64,000 nt of DNA, taken from assembly GCA_964468665.1 (NCBI GenBank), contig CAYXTS010000001.1, forward strand, positions 3,418 through 67,417, read 5' to 3'. The position numbers and the translations under genes are program-made. Numbering within the stretch: the first letter of the stretch is position 1; the number at the start of each line of letters is the position of its first letter. The notes below the pieces were generated by a model. That model was given only the letters and a program-made list of their open reading frames with translations. It searched no databases and was not told the DNA's origin. This DNA is from an uncultured Candidatus Saccharibacteria bacterium. GTDB taxonomy: Bacteria; Patescibacteriota; Saccharimonadia; Saccharimonadales; Saccharimonadaceae. Positions 41,895 through 51,157 of this stretch are shown here, piece after piece.

Positions 41895-43153
41895 AATATT
41901 TAGCAGTTCTAGGTAGACAACCGGAAATATCTATTGCAGAACTTGAAGCTATTTATGGTGGGGTTGAGCGAGTTTCGGATGTCTTAGTGTATTTTACATT
42001 GACGGGTGACGACTCTGGAAGGGGACCCCAAAATGTTTTGCGAAGCAAAAATTTTGGGGAGGGAGAAGAGTCGGCAGGACCCGTCGAGAGTATAAATAGA
42101 CTGGGTGGAGTTTTGAAACTCGCTGTGGTATTGGATCAGAAGCCATTAGAATATTTGCAAAATTTGTCAGATGGGAAGATTACGATTGGGGTGAGTGATT
42201 ATTCTGAAAAGGCGTCGAGGAAAAGTGCACAACAAGAAGCGTTGAAACTTAAGAAGATTCTAGTGAGGCATGGACGCTCAGTGCGCGTGGTTGAAAATAA
42301 AGATGCTACGCTATCGACGGCCACTTCTTTACATAATGGTTTGTCGGGGAAAAACGAGAGAAAAGTAGAACTAATTAAAGTTGACGATGATTGGTATAGG
42401 GTGATTGGTGTGCAAGATATTGATTTTTATGCGAAGCGTGATCAGGCTAGACCGGCGCGTGATGCTAGGGTAGGCATGCTTCCGCCGAAGCTGGCGCAGA
42501 TATTGATTAATTTATGTGGCCCACTTAAGTCTGGTTCTGTCGTTTTAGATCCATTTTGTGGAACTGGTGTAGTGCTTCAAGAAGCGTTGTTGATGGGCTA
42601 TCGTGTCTATGGAACGGATATTAGTGATAGGATGGTGGAGTATAGTAGGAAAAATCTTAATTGGCTAGTGAGAGATAAAAATAGTCATTTTGAGGGGGTC
42701 CGGAGCCTGGCAAGGCGAGGAGTAGCGCCAGCCGCCCGTGGCGACGGGCCGGCTGGACGCGCCCCGAAAAATGTTCTATTTTATCTCTCTGCTGGCGATG
42801 CAATTTCTTATACTTGGCAACAGCCTATCGATGCGGTGGCGTGTGAGGGATATCTTGGGAAACCATTCCCTAGAATCCCGACGGAAATGGAATTAAAAGA
42901 ACAGAAACAGGAATGCGGGGCGATTGTGAGAGGATTTCTAAAGAATTTGGCGGAACAGATTAAGTCTGGTACGCCGGTGGTGATAGCAGCGCCGGCGTGG
43001 CTGAGGGAAAATGGTGAGTATGAGAGGTTAGATATGCTTGACGATATTCCTGATATGGGGTATAATGTTAATAATAAAACGCAAGAGGGGCTTCTTTACC
43101 ATCGCGATGGTCAGGTTGTTGCGAGAGATATATTAATTTTAAGGAAAAAGTAA
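41891..43153 (+). CDS. class I SAM-dependent (probable RNA) methyltransferase carrying two palindromic inserts
   Basis: GMLPPKLAQILIN, VLDPFCGTG, GTDI, ACEGYLG. Confidence 0.8.
   Translation: MKYLAVLGRQPEISIAELEAIYGGVERVSDVLVYFTLTGDDSGRGPQNVLRSKNFGEGEESAGPVESINRLGGVLKLAVVLDQKPLEYLQNLSDGKITIGVSDYSEKASRKSAQQEALKLKKILVRHGRSVRVVENKDATLSTATSLHNGLSGKNERKVELIKVDDDWYRVIGVQDIDFYAKRDQARPARDARVGMLPPKLAQILINLCGPLKSGSVVLDPFCGTGVVLQEALLMGYRVYGTDISDRMVEYSRKNLNWLVRDKNSHFEGVRSLARRGVAPAARGDGPAGRAPKNVLFYLSAGDAISYTWQQPIDAVACEGYLGKPFPRIPTEMELKEQKQECGAIVRGFLKNLAEQIKSGTPVVIAAPAWLRENGEYERLDMLDDIPDMGYNVNNKTQEGLLYHRDGQVVARDILILRKK
42000..42087 (+). mobile_element. family-B palindromic element, in frame in the methyltransferase
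   Basis: Nested inverted repeats gacgggt/acccgtc, cgactct/agagtcg, ccccaaaa/ttttgggg, ttttgc-gaa-gcaaaa. Confidence 0.75.
42670..42789 (-). mobile_element. family-A palindromic element, reverse orientation, in frame in the methyltransferase
   Basis: Arms gagagataaaa/ttttatctctc and cattttgagggg/ccccgaaaaatg; reverse-complement core cccgtcgccacggg. Confidence 0.75.
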
Positions 43154-43426
43154 ATGTCACACGTAAAAGCTGGCGGTACCGCCAAGAATATTCATAATAA
43201 TGCTGGTCAGCGCCTTGGCGTGAAGCGTTTTGGTGGCCAGAAGGTGAAAAATGGTGAGGTATTAGTGCGTCAGACTGGTGCTACTAAGATTGCTGGTCCC
43301 GGCACTTATATGTCACGTAATTATACGATTCATGCCGCAAAGGATGGTGTGGTAACTTTTGTTAAGACGAAAAAAACGCATTTTTCTGGTAAATCATTAC
43401 CACGAGTTCGTGTTGAAGTTCGATAA
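43154..43426 (+). CDS. rpmA: 50S ribosomal protein L27
   Basis: MSHVKAGG, RLGVKRFGGQ, VRQ.G, HAAKDG.V.F. Confidence 0.95.
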   Translation: MSHVKAGGTAKNIHNNAGQRLGVKRFGGQKVKNGEVLVRQTGATKIAGPGTYMSRNYTIHAAKDGVVTFVKTKKTHFSGKSLPRVRVEVR

Positions 43427-43542
43427 TTTCTTATTGAATCCGCTATTTTAGTATTTTCTTTGGTTTATGTGCAGTGCTTTTGTTCAGTGAAGATACTAAT
43501 CTGGCGGATTTTGCTTGAGGAATTATGTGTTATAATTTGTCT

Positions 43543-44586
43543 ATGATAAAGGAAAAACGCTTAGGGTTTTCTTTTAGGACGGTTTTAATTATTCTGACCG
43601 TAGCTTTAGTGGCGTATGTTATATATTTGAATTGGCCAGATATTTTGGACACGCTTAATCATTTGCAAGAAACAAATGTCTTTGTTTTGTTACTTTTGAT
43701 ACCTGAACAGTTATTCATGTATTATGCTTGTGGACAGATATTCTTTTCTTATTTAAAGAATCAATACAATGTTAAACAATTTTCAAAAAAGGAAATGTTA
43801 AAAATATCGACGGAACTAAATTTCGTAAATCATGCGATACCAGTTGGCGGAATTGGTGGTTTGGCGTTTTTGACGTATCGTTTTTTGCCTTTTGGCGTTT
43901 CGGCGGGTCAGGCGAGCTTTTTGTATATTTTTAGATATGCAATTACTACCGTAATAAACTATTTGCAAGCTCTTGTTGCTATTATAGTTTTACTTGCTCT
44001 TAATTTGATTCCGGAACAGGCTAGATGGGTGATACCTGTTGCTTTAGTAATGAATATCGGAGTGTCGTTTGTCTTATGGTTTATTGTTTTTGTAGCAAGC
44101 AGTAAAAAGAGAATTGGGTTTTTTTCGGAGCTTGTGGTCAGATTTACTAGTTTTTTGATTAGAGTTGTGACTTTTGGACGTAGGAAGAGCTTATTTAATA
44201 ATAAAAAAATAAAAACTTATTTTTTGGATATACATGAGAATGTAAAAATTGCTAAAAAAAGTAAGAAAGATTTGAAAAAACCGATTCTTTGGGGTTTATG
44301 CTATAGTTTATTGGAGGTTGGAACTTATTGGATTGTCGCGTTATCTTTGGGAAGACCAGAACTTTTGCCATATATAATGATTGGGGAGGCAATTGGTTCG
44401 GTTTTTGATGGGATTGTACCTTATGGACTATATGAGTTAGGAATGGCGGGTGTGATGATTGCGTTAGGTGTGGATTTTCCGACGGCGACTATCGTAACCG
44501 TAATGACTCGGGTGATTACATTATTGTTTACTGTCATATCGGGTTCTTATCCTTACTATAAAGCAATAAAGGGAAAAAATGGATAG
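43543..44586 (+). CDS. lysylphosphatidylglycerol-synthase TM domain (UPF0104/flippase-like) membrane protein
   Basis: Multi-TM; N..IP.GGIGG, GLYELGM and R..T motifs. Confidence 0.7.
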   Translation: MIKEKRLGFSFRTVLIILTVALVAYVIYLNWPDILDTLNHLQETNVFVLLLLIPEQLFMYYACGQIFFSYLKNQYNVKQFSKKEMLKISTELNFVNHAIPVGGIGGLAFLTYRFLPFGVSAGQASFLYIFRYAITTVINYLQALVAIIVLLALNLIPEQARWVIPVALVMNIGVSFVLWFIVFVASSKKRIGFFSELVVRFTSFLIRVVTFGRRKSLFNNKKIKTYFLDIHENVKIAKKSKKDLKKPILWGLCYSLLEVGTYWIVALSLGRPELLPYIMIGEAIGSVFDGIVPYGLYELGMAGVMIALGVDFPTATIVTVMTRVITLLFTVISGSYPYYKAIKGKNG

Positions 44587-45736
44587 TTTTACTCCAACTG
44601 AATTTGTTAATACTGTAAACCAAACATTGGATTATGCGTATTCTAGTGTAACAATTACGGGTGAAGTAGCAAGCTTTAAAGTTAATCAGGGAAAATGGGT
44701 ATTTTTTGATTTAAAAGATGAGGAAACGAGCATTTCTTGTTTTATGGCGCTATGGAATTTGAGGATGCCATTAGAGGATGGTATGAAGGTAGAAGTAAAA
44801 GCGACTCCAAAACTTACGAAGTGGGGAAAGTTTTCTTTGACGGTTGACGCAATAAGGCCTGTGGGTGAAGGTTCTTTGAAAAAAGCCTATGAACTATTGA
44901 AAAAGAAACTTTCAAAGGAGGGATTGTTTGATGTTGGCAGAAAACGTGAAATATCTGACGATTTGACGAGTCTAGGGGTGATTTCATCTACACAGGCGGC
45001 GGGGTATGCGGATTTTGTAAAAATAATTAATGCTAGGTGGGGTGGGATTAAAATATACGTGGCACATACTCAAGTTCAGGGTTTGGACGCACCGGATCAG
45101 ATAATAAGAGCTTTGCGTTTTTTTAACGAGCGAAGCGAGGTGCAGGCGATTGCGATTTTGCGAGGTGGTGGTAGTGCCGATGATTTGTCGTGTTTTAATG
45201 ACGAGAGGCTAGTGAGGGAGGTAGCTGCCTCTAAGATTCCTGTTATTACGGGGATTGGTCATGAAGTAGACGAATCATTAGTAGATCTTGTAGCTGATGT
45301 GAGAGCATCAACGCCATCAAATGCTGCTGAAATGCTTACTCGTGATAGAGTAATGGAAAAAGAGAAACTAAAAAAAGTGGTGGATAGGATACGGCAAACT
45401 GTTTTGCAAGAAATACAGCGAGCAACTACCATAAACAAGGAAAAATTAGAGCGTGTTTCTGAGGGGATACTATCTAAATATATTCAGCCAATGTTGGAAT
45501 GGTGTGATTCTTCAGTTCAAAAATGCCATGATAGAATTATTGATGAGTGTGATTTGTGTGAGAATTCTTTAGAAAAGAATATGAAAATATTAGAAGCAGT
45601 TAATCCAGAGGTGGTTTTAAAAAGAGGATATGCAATTATGAGCGGTAAAATAGATTTGGATAATGTTGTAAAAATTACAACATTTAATCAAGAGATTGAG
45701 GCAAAAATTAATAAAATAATAGAAAGGAAAATATGA
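44579..45736 (+). CDS. xseA: exodeoxyribonuclease VII large subunit
   Basis: N-terminal OB fold, LRGGGSADDL, TGIGHEVD, RASTPSNAAE. Confidence 0.95.
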   Translation: MDSFTPTEFVNTVNQTLDYAYSSVTITGEVASFKVNQGKWVFFDLKDEETSISCFMALWNLRMPLEDGMKVEVKATPKLTKWGKFSLTVDAIRPVGEGSLKKAYELLKKKLSKEGLFDVGRKREISDDLTSLGVISSTQAAGYADFVKIINARWGGIKIYVAHTQVQGLDAPDQIIRALRFFNERSEVQAIAILRGGGSADDLSCFNDERLVREVAASKIPVITGIGHEVDESLVDLVADVRASTPSNAAEMLTRDRVMEKEKLKKVVDRIRQTVLQEIQRATTINKEKLERVSEGILSKYIQPMLEWCDSSVQKCHDRIIDECDLCENSLEKNMKILEAVNPEVVLKRGYAIMSGKIDLDNVVKITTFNQEIEAKINKIIERKI

Positions 45737-45930
45737 GTGAAAAAATAAGCTTGAACCAGAAGATAAAGAAATTGGATTCCGAGGTAGAGTGGTTTTATTC
45801 GGATGATTTTGAATTGGAGAAAGCAACAGAGAAATATAAGGAGGCTATGAAGCTTGCAAATGAGATAAAACATGATTTGGACGAGTTAAAAAATGAGATT
45901 GTGGTTTTGACAGAAGATTTTAGTAAATGA
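45733..45930 (+). CDS. xseB: exodeoxyribonuclease VII small subunit
   Basis: 65-aa helical ORF overlapping the xseA stop; LE.A...Y. Confidence 0.85.
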   Translation: MSEKISLNQKIKKLDSEVEWFYSDDFELEKATEKYKEAMKLANEIKHDLDELKNEIVVLTEDFSK

Positions 45931-45948
45931 TATGATATAATTAAGTTT

Positions 45949-46710
45949 ATGGATAATTCTCAAATGCCACCAGTTCAATCCCAACAACCTAATTTGCAGC
46001 CAATTGGTGCTTTTGGGCCTAGTGGTCCGGTATCGCAACAAGTTCAAGTTCCGGTTGCTCAGGGAAAAGATACAACTGGTTTGATTAAGACGATTGTGAT
46101 TATTATTGTTTCTTTGGTTGCGGTGACTTTTATTGGTTTGTTTATTTGGATGTTTTTGCAGTACAAGAGTGTAGATGATGATGTGCAAGGTAGAATTGAT
46201 GTTGCCGTGGCTGCCGCAAAAGATGAACAAGCACAAAAAGATGAGGCGGAATTTTCGGAGAGAGAAAAATATCCTCTTAAGACTTTTTCTGGTCCAGCGG
46301 ATTATGGGCAATTGACGTTCGAATATCCTAAGACATGGAGCGTGTATGTGGCGGCGGACGCTAGTAATGGTGGTGATTTTAGCGCGTATTTTAATCCAGC
46401 GCAGGTTGATACGGTTTCAAATAGCACTATAAATGCCCTTCGGGTGACAATTTTGGATAGAAATTTTGAGGATGTAACTTCCGAATACCAAAAATATGTG
46501 GAAAAAGAGGATTCTGGATTGACGGTGGAGTCGATAACTGTTTTCGATACGGCAGCTAATCGTTATGTCGGAAAAATACCCAACACCGATTTAAATGGAA
46601 TAATAGTAATTTTTAAGATTAGGGATAAGACTGCGGTTCTACGAACAGATTCGTTGTTGTTTACGGAAGATTTTGATAGCCTAATTGATACGGTCACATT
46701 TAACGCTTAG
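45949..46710 (+). CDS. membrane-anchored hypothetical protein
   Basis: Pro/Gln-rich N-terminus, single TM helix, F.YP..W motif. Confidence 0.7.
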   Translation: MDNSQMPPVQSQQPNLQPIGAFGPSGPVSQQVQVPVAQGKDTTGLIKTIVIIIVSLVAVTFIGLFIWMFLQYKSVDDDVQGRIDVAVAAAKDEQAQKDEAEFSEREKYPLKTFSGPADYGQLTFEYPKTWSVYVAADASNGGDFSAYFNPAQVDTVSNSTINALRVTILDRNFEDVTSEYQKYVEKEDSGLTVESITVFDTAANRYVGKIPNTDLNGIIVIFKIRDKTAVLRTDSLLFTEDFDSLIDTVTFNA

Positions 46711-46737
46711 ATATCAATTTGATGCTATAATATATGT

Positions 46738-47422
46738 ATGAGTGAGGAGGTAGACGGTATTTTGGTGGCTGCGCATGAGCTAAAGGAGCCGCTCGCGGTA
46801 CTTCGGCAGTTGGCACTTTCTTTTGATGGTATTAATGAAATGAACGAACAAATACGTTCAGAGATGATAAAAGTTTCGGAGAGGGCAATCAGACAAGTGA
46901 ACGATTTGGCAAAAATCCGACGGCTCGAGGACGGGCTGTTTATGATGGAACCGGTGGCGATTAGAGCAACTTGCGATGAAGTTACAAGGGAACTTGGCCA
47001 TTTGTTTATTCAGAATAAGAAAAACTTATTAGTAAAATATTCTAATCGAGTACGATTGGTGACGGCGAATCATGAGCTTTTAGTGAGTGTGATTTATAAT
47101 TTTTTAGCAAATGCCATGCATTATTCTGGAGAAGGGATGCGAACGGAATTAGTCGTAAAGGATAGTAATGACAAGGTAAAAGTAATTATAAGGGATTATG
47201 GGCCTGCTTTGCCGATTGACATATGGAAAGATATAAAGAAAGGGGTGGATAAAACGACCGAATTCTGTTGAAATGCGATCGGGGTCTTCGGCTTTAGGTC
47301 TTTATATTGCTTCGAGATTTTCCAAATATATGCATGCTAATATTGGGGCAGTAAGACATAGAGATGGCACGAGTTTTTATGTGGAGCTGCCGGTTTCCAA
47401 GCAGGCGAGTTTGTTTATATGA
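46738..47422 (+). pseudogene. cytoplasmic sensor histidine kinase with a +1 frameshift
   Basis: AHELKEPL H-box, NFLANA N-box, DYG. An extra G in gggg (47242-47245) shifts the frame away from GSSALGLYIA...FYVELP. Confidence 0.8.
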
Positions 47423-47766
47423 TTTTCATAATTGATGATAATGAGGAAATGGCGAGATGCATTGCTCGGGCGTGTCGGGTTGAGGTTCGGATTTTTTCCA
47501 ATGCGATTGAGGCGATGGACGAAATATCGAATGGCATTATCCCACAGTTGATTTTTTTGGATATTTTGTTGGATGGACCAGATGGTTTTACTTTTTTAAA
47601 TGAACTGGTTTCTTATGATGATACGGTGAAGATACCGGTAGTGATAGTTTCTTCTTTTGACTATTACAAATATGATTTAACTGAATATGGAGTGGTTGGA
47701 GTTTTAAATAAGGATACTATGTTACCGGAGGAGATAAGGCGGTATGTCGAGAATTATGTCAAGTAG
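47419..47766 (+). CDS. single-domain response regulator
   Basis: IIDD, LIFLDILL..PDG, VIVSS, conserved K. Confidence 0.88.
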   Translation: MIFIIDDNEEMARCIARACRVEVRIFSNAIEAMDEISNGIIPQLIFLDILLDGPDGFTFLNELVSYDDTVKIPVVIVSSFDYYKYDLTEYGVVGVLNKDTMLPEEIRRYVENYVK

Positions 47767-48436
47767 AGATATAAGAACACTTGCCTACGTCCTAAGAAGG
47801 ACAAACTATGGTGAAGCGGACCGGATATTAAACATTATTACTCCGACAGGAAAGATGTCGGTAGTTGCGAAGGGCGTAAGAAAAGAAAAATCGAAATTGG
47901 CCGGTGGGATAGAAATGTTTTCTCAAGTTGATTTGAACATTCATTGGGGTAAAGGTGAGATGGGGCTTGTAACTAGTGCTAGGATGGTAAAATATTTTGG
48001 CAATCTTTTAAAAGATTATAATAGGATGGAGCTAGCTGCTTTGATTTTAAAAAAGATTAGCATTGCTTCTGAAGGGTCAGATAATGCAGAATATTTCGAA
48101 ATAGTTACTCAGAGCCTGTCGGGATTAAATGATGGATTTGATATGAGGTTGGTGGAAAGTTGGTTTCTATTAAATTTAACAAAAGCGTCTGGTGTGGAGG
48201 TGAATTTATATAGAGATTCGGAAGGGAAGAAATTGATGCCAGAAAAGAAGTATTATTATGATGCGATGATGGAAGCATTTGTAGAGACTAGTAATGGAGA
48301 TGTGGGGTCTGATGAGATAAAGCTGTTGCGTTTGATGTGGACTACTAGACTTGATGTGGTGAATCGTATAAGAGATGTAGCAAAAATCTTATCAAAGGTT
48401 TTGAATCTTGCACGAATAATGAGTGGTGCGGTATAA
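47756..48436 (+). CDS. recO: DNA repair protein RecO
   Basis: LRRTNYGEADRIL, AKGVRK.KSKLAG. Confidence 0.92.
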   Translation: MSSRDIRTLAYVLRRTNYGEADRILNIITPTGKMSVVAKGVRKEKSKLAGGIEMFSQVDLNIHWGKGEMGLVTSARMVKYFGNLLKDYNRMELAALILKKISIASEGSDNAEYFEIVTQSLSGLNDGFDMRLVESWFLLNLTKASGVEVNLYRDSEGKKLMPEKKYYYDAMMEAFVETSNGDVGSDEIKLLRLMWTTRLDVVNRIRDVAKILSKVLNLARIMSGAV

Positions 48437-48460
48437 TATATCTATAAAAAGGAGAAAACA

Positions 48461-49093
48461 ATGGCAGATTTTAATAAGATTTTGACGCCGGGGGATTATG
48501 AAAAGGGTGAATTGAACGTAGTAATTGAAATACCCACTGGTTCGAATCACAAGATTGAGTGGGATAGAGAACATGCTTGTTTCATGTTGGATCGGGTGGA
48601 ACCGATGGCATTTGCGAAGCCATGCAACTATGGGTTTATTCCTCAGACATTAGACGAAGATGGTGATGAGCTTGATGTTCTGATGATTACAGAGCAGCCG
48701 CTTACTACTGGTATTTGGATGAGGGCGAGAATTCTTGGTGTAATGAGGTTTGTAGATGGTGGAGAAGTGGACGATAAAATTATTTGTGTACCAGAAGATG
48801 ATCGTAATAATGGAGATATCTATAAGAAATTGGAAGATTTACCGCAGCAGACTTTGAAGCAGATTGAATATCATTTTAATCATTATAAAGATTTAAAGAA
48901 GCCTGGTACAACCGAAGTAAAGGCTTTTGAAGGGATTGAATCGGCTAGAAAAATTATCGCAGCATCTATTGAGCGCTACGCTGATGCTCATCCTGAAATA
49001 AAATTAAAAAAGGGCATAAAGAATGCAGTCGAAGATGCAAAGGATGCAATATCTAGCACTATTGAGTCTGCAAAGAAAGCTGCAAAAAAATAA
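48461..49093 (+). CDS. ppa: family I inorganic pyrophosphatase
   Basis: EIP.GS..K.E, NYGFIPQT..EDGDELD, D.GEVDDK, FNHYK. Confidence 0.95.
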   Translation: MADFNKILTPGDYEKGELNVVIEIPTGSNHKIEWDREHACFMLDRVEPMAFAKPCNYGFIPQTLDEDGDELDVLMITEQPLTTGIWMRARILGVMRFVDGGEVDDKIICVPEDDRNNGDIYKKLEDLPQQTLKQIEYHFNHYKDLKKPGTTEVKAFEGIESARKIIAASIERYADAHPEIKLKKGIKNAVEDAKDAISSTIESAKKAAKK

Positions 49094-49164
49094 TTAGATT
49101 GAGCTTGAACGATAGTTAATAAAGAAGTGGCGCATATAATTATGTGCCACTTTGTTTTTGGTTA

Positions 49165-49677
49165 TTATTGTTCGGTTTCGTCTTGTTCAGGTATGTTTGT
49201 GTCTTCGGATGCGTCTGTGTTGTTTGAAGATTTCGTAATGTATTCGATTTGGTTTTTGACGTCCGAGGCGGAAAGATTTTCATATTCGGAATTTACTGCG
49301 GTGAGGATGACATAGTTTCCGTTTATAGTAATATCTTTAAAAGTACCGTCTTCGGTGTTTGATTTGAAATAATCATAGGCTGCTTTGGCAGACGTTTCGT
49401 CTGGGTATTGATAATAGGCTTTAAGGTCGGTGATGTTGTCGCCAGAATAGTAGTAGACTAGGTGGGTTTTGACAGGATTGTATTTTTCGTCATTCATTGA
49501 AACGTCGTCTTCGCCTAGCGTTAAGACATATTTGGTTCTATCAGAGACAAAAAACGAGTCATTTATGGATTTATTCTGAGTGGTAAGAATTATTATTGTG
49601 ATTGCAATGATTAACACTATTGCAACGCAGACACCGATAATTATAGGTTTTTTGTTAATGCTCGTTTTTTCAGCCAT
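49165..49677 (-). CDS. membrane-anchored hypothetical protein
   Basis: N-terminal TM helix; SD AAGGAG before ATG 49677. Confidence 0.7.
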   Translation of the reverse strand: MAEKTSINKKPIIIGVCVAIVLIIAITIIILTTQNKSINDSFFVSDRTKYVLTLGEDDVSMNDEKYNPVKTHLVYYYSGDNITDLKAYYQYPDETSAKAAYDYFKSNTEDGTFKDITINGNYVILTAVNSEYENLSASDVKNQIEYITKSSNNTDASEDTNIPEQDETEQ

Positions 49678-49731
49678 AAAATCTCCTTTATACCGATAAT
49701 TATAGCACAAAAGCTTTGGCTGATAGTTTAA

Positions 49732-51075
49732 TTATAGTTCGTTGATTTTGACGCGAGATTGTTCAGTAGTGTCGCGATCTCGGACGGTGACGGTGTCGTC
49801 TGAAAGGGTATCAAAATCGATAACTACGCATTTAGGCGTACCGATTTCATCTTGTTTGCGGTAGCGTTTGCCAATGTTGCCAGAATCATCCCATGTAACG
49901 TTGCCATATTTTTGACGTAAAGTTTTGTAAACCTCTTTGGCTTTTTCTACTAGTTCTGATTTATTTTTGAGAAGCGGAGAAACGCAGAATTTATAAGGAG
50001 CAAGAGTTTCGGGGAGTTTTAGAACAATTCGTTTTTCGTTATTGATTTCGTCTTCGGTGTATGCGGAAGCTAAGACGGCCAGGAATAGGCGTTCAACACC
50101 AATGGATGGTTCGATGACGTGTGGAATGAAGGTTTCATTGGTGGTTTTGTCGCGGTATTCCATGGATTTACCAGATGCCTTGGCGATATTTAAAAGATCG
50201 AAATCAGTGCGATAAGCTAATCCCATGAGCTCTTCTTGACCGTTCGGATAGTCGAACATGAAATCGATGGTGCGCTTCGAATAATGCGCTCTGTCTTCGG
50301 CTGGAACTTCTAGTTCATGGATGTTGGTTTTTGGTAGTTGAATAATGTTTTCTAGGAACTCATGTTGGGATTTACGCATGGATTCGAAATTTTCTTCCCA
50401 GGTAGTAGGATTGACAAAATACTCAATTTCCATTTGAGAACATTCGCGATCGCGCAAGATAAAATCGCGAGGGCTAATTTCGTTTCGGAAGGCTTTGCCT
50501 TGTTGGGCAAGACCGAATGGGAGATTTGGATAAATAGTATCGATGATATTTTTGTAGTTCGTAAAGATACCTTGGGCGGTTTCGGGACGGAGATAGGCAA
50601 TATTTTTTGCGGCTTGTTCTTGATTGTCGTCTGGCAAAACTGCTCCAACGTGAGTCATAAACATCATATTGAATTTGCGAATTGGCCCCCAATTTTCTTT
50701 GTTACAAACTGGGCATTTTGTGTGAGTGGCTAAAAATTCTTCGGTAGTAACTGATTCGTTTATACCATCTGCGATTTTGTCAGCACGGAAGCGAGATTTA
50801 CATTCTTTACACTCGACTAGTGGGTCGGCAAATGTTGCAGTGTGACCGGATGCTTCCCATGTTTTTGGATTCATTAGGATGGCTGCGTCGATACCATAAA
50901 TGTCATCACGGTCTTCTACGAAAAATTTCCACCAGGCATCCATAATATTCTTTTTTAGCATTACGCCTAGAGGTCCAAAATCCCAGGTGCCGGCAAAGCC
51001 GCCATAAACGTCGGAACCAGGAAAGATAAAGCCACGACGCTTGCATAGACTAACAATATCTTCTAATTTATTCAT
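49732..51075 (-). CDS. glyQS: glycine--tRNA ligase (alpha2 type)
   Basis: LCKRRGF, YLRPETAQG, FRNEISPR, HVIEPSIG, YRKQDEIG. Confidence 0.95.
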   Translation of the reverse strand: MNKLEDIVSLCKRRGFIFPGSDVYGGFAGTWDFGPLGVMLKKNIMDAWWKFFVEDRDDIYGIDAAILMNPKTWEASGHTATFADPLVECKECKSRFRADKIADGINESVTTEEFLATHTKCPVCNKENWGPIRKFNMMFMTHVGAVLPDDNQEQAAKNIAYLRPETAQGIFTNYKNIIDTIYPNLPFGLAQQGKAFRNEISPRDFILRDRECSQMEIEYFVNPTTWEENFESMRKSQHEFLENIIQLPKTNIHELEVPAEDRAHYSKRTIDFMFDYPNGQEELMGLAYRTDFDLLNIAKASGKSMEYRDKTTNETFIPHVIEPSIGVERLFLAVLASAYTEDEINNEKRIVLKLPETLAPYKFCVSPLLKNKSELVEKAKEVYKTLRQKYGNVTWDDSGNIGKRYRKQDEIGTPKCVVIDFDTLSDDTVTVRDRDTTEQSRVKINEL

Positions 51076-51157
51076 AATGTAATTATAACTCTGAATGATG
51101 TTTTTCTCAATGTTGAACTGTAAAAATAGAATAAGAAGTTATGGTATTATATATAAT

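Noticed and set aside
9903-42789. Inteins or group I/II introns as the explanation of the inserts
   Set aside because: At 30-40 aa (about 120 nt) they are far too short, lack intein terminal motifs and intron cores, and are read in different frames.
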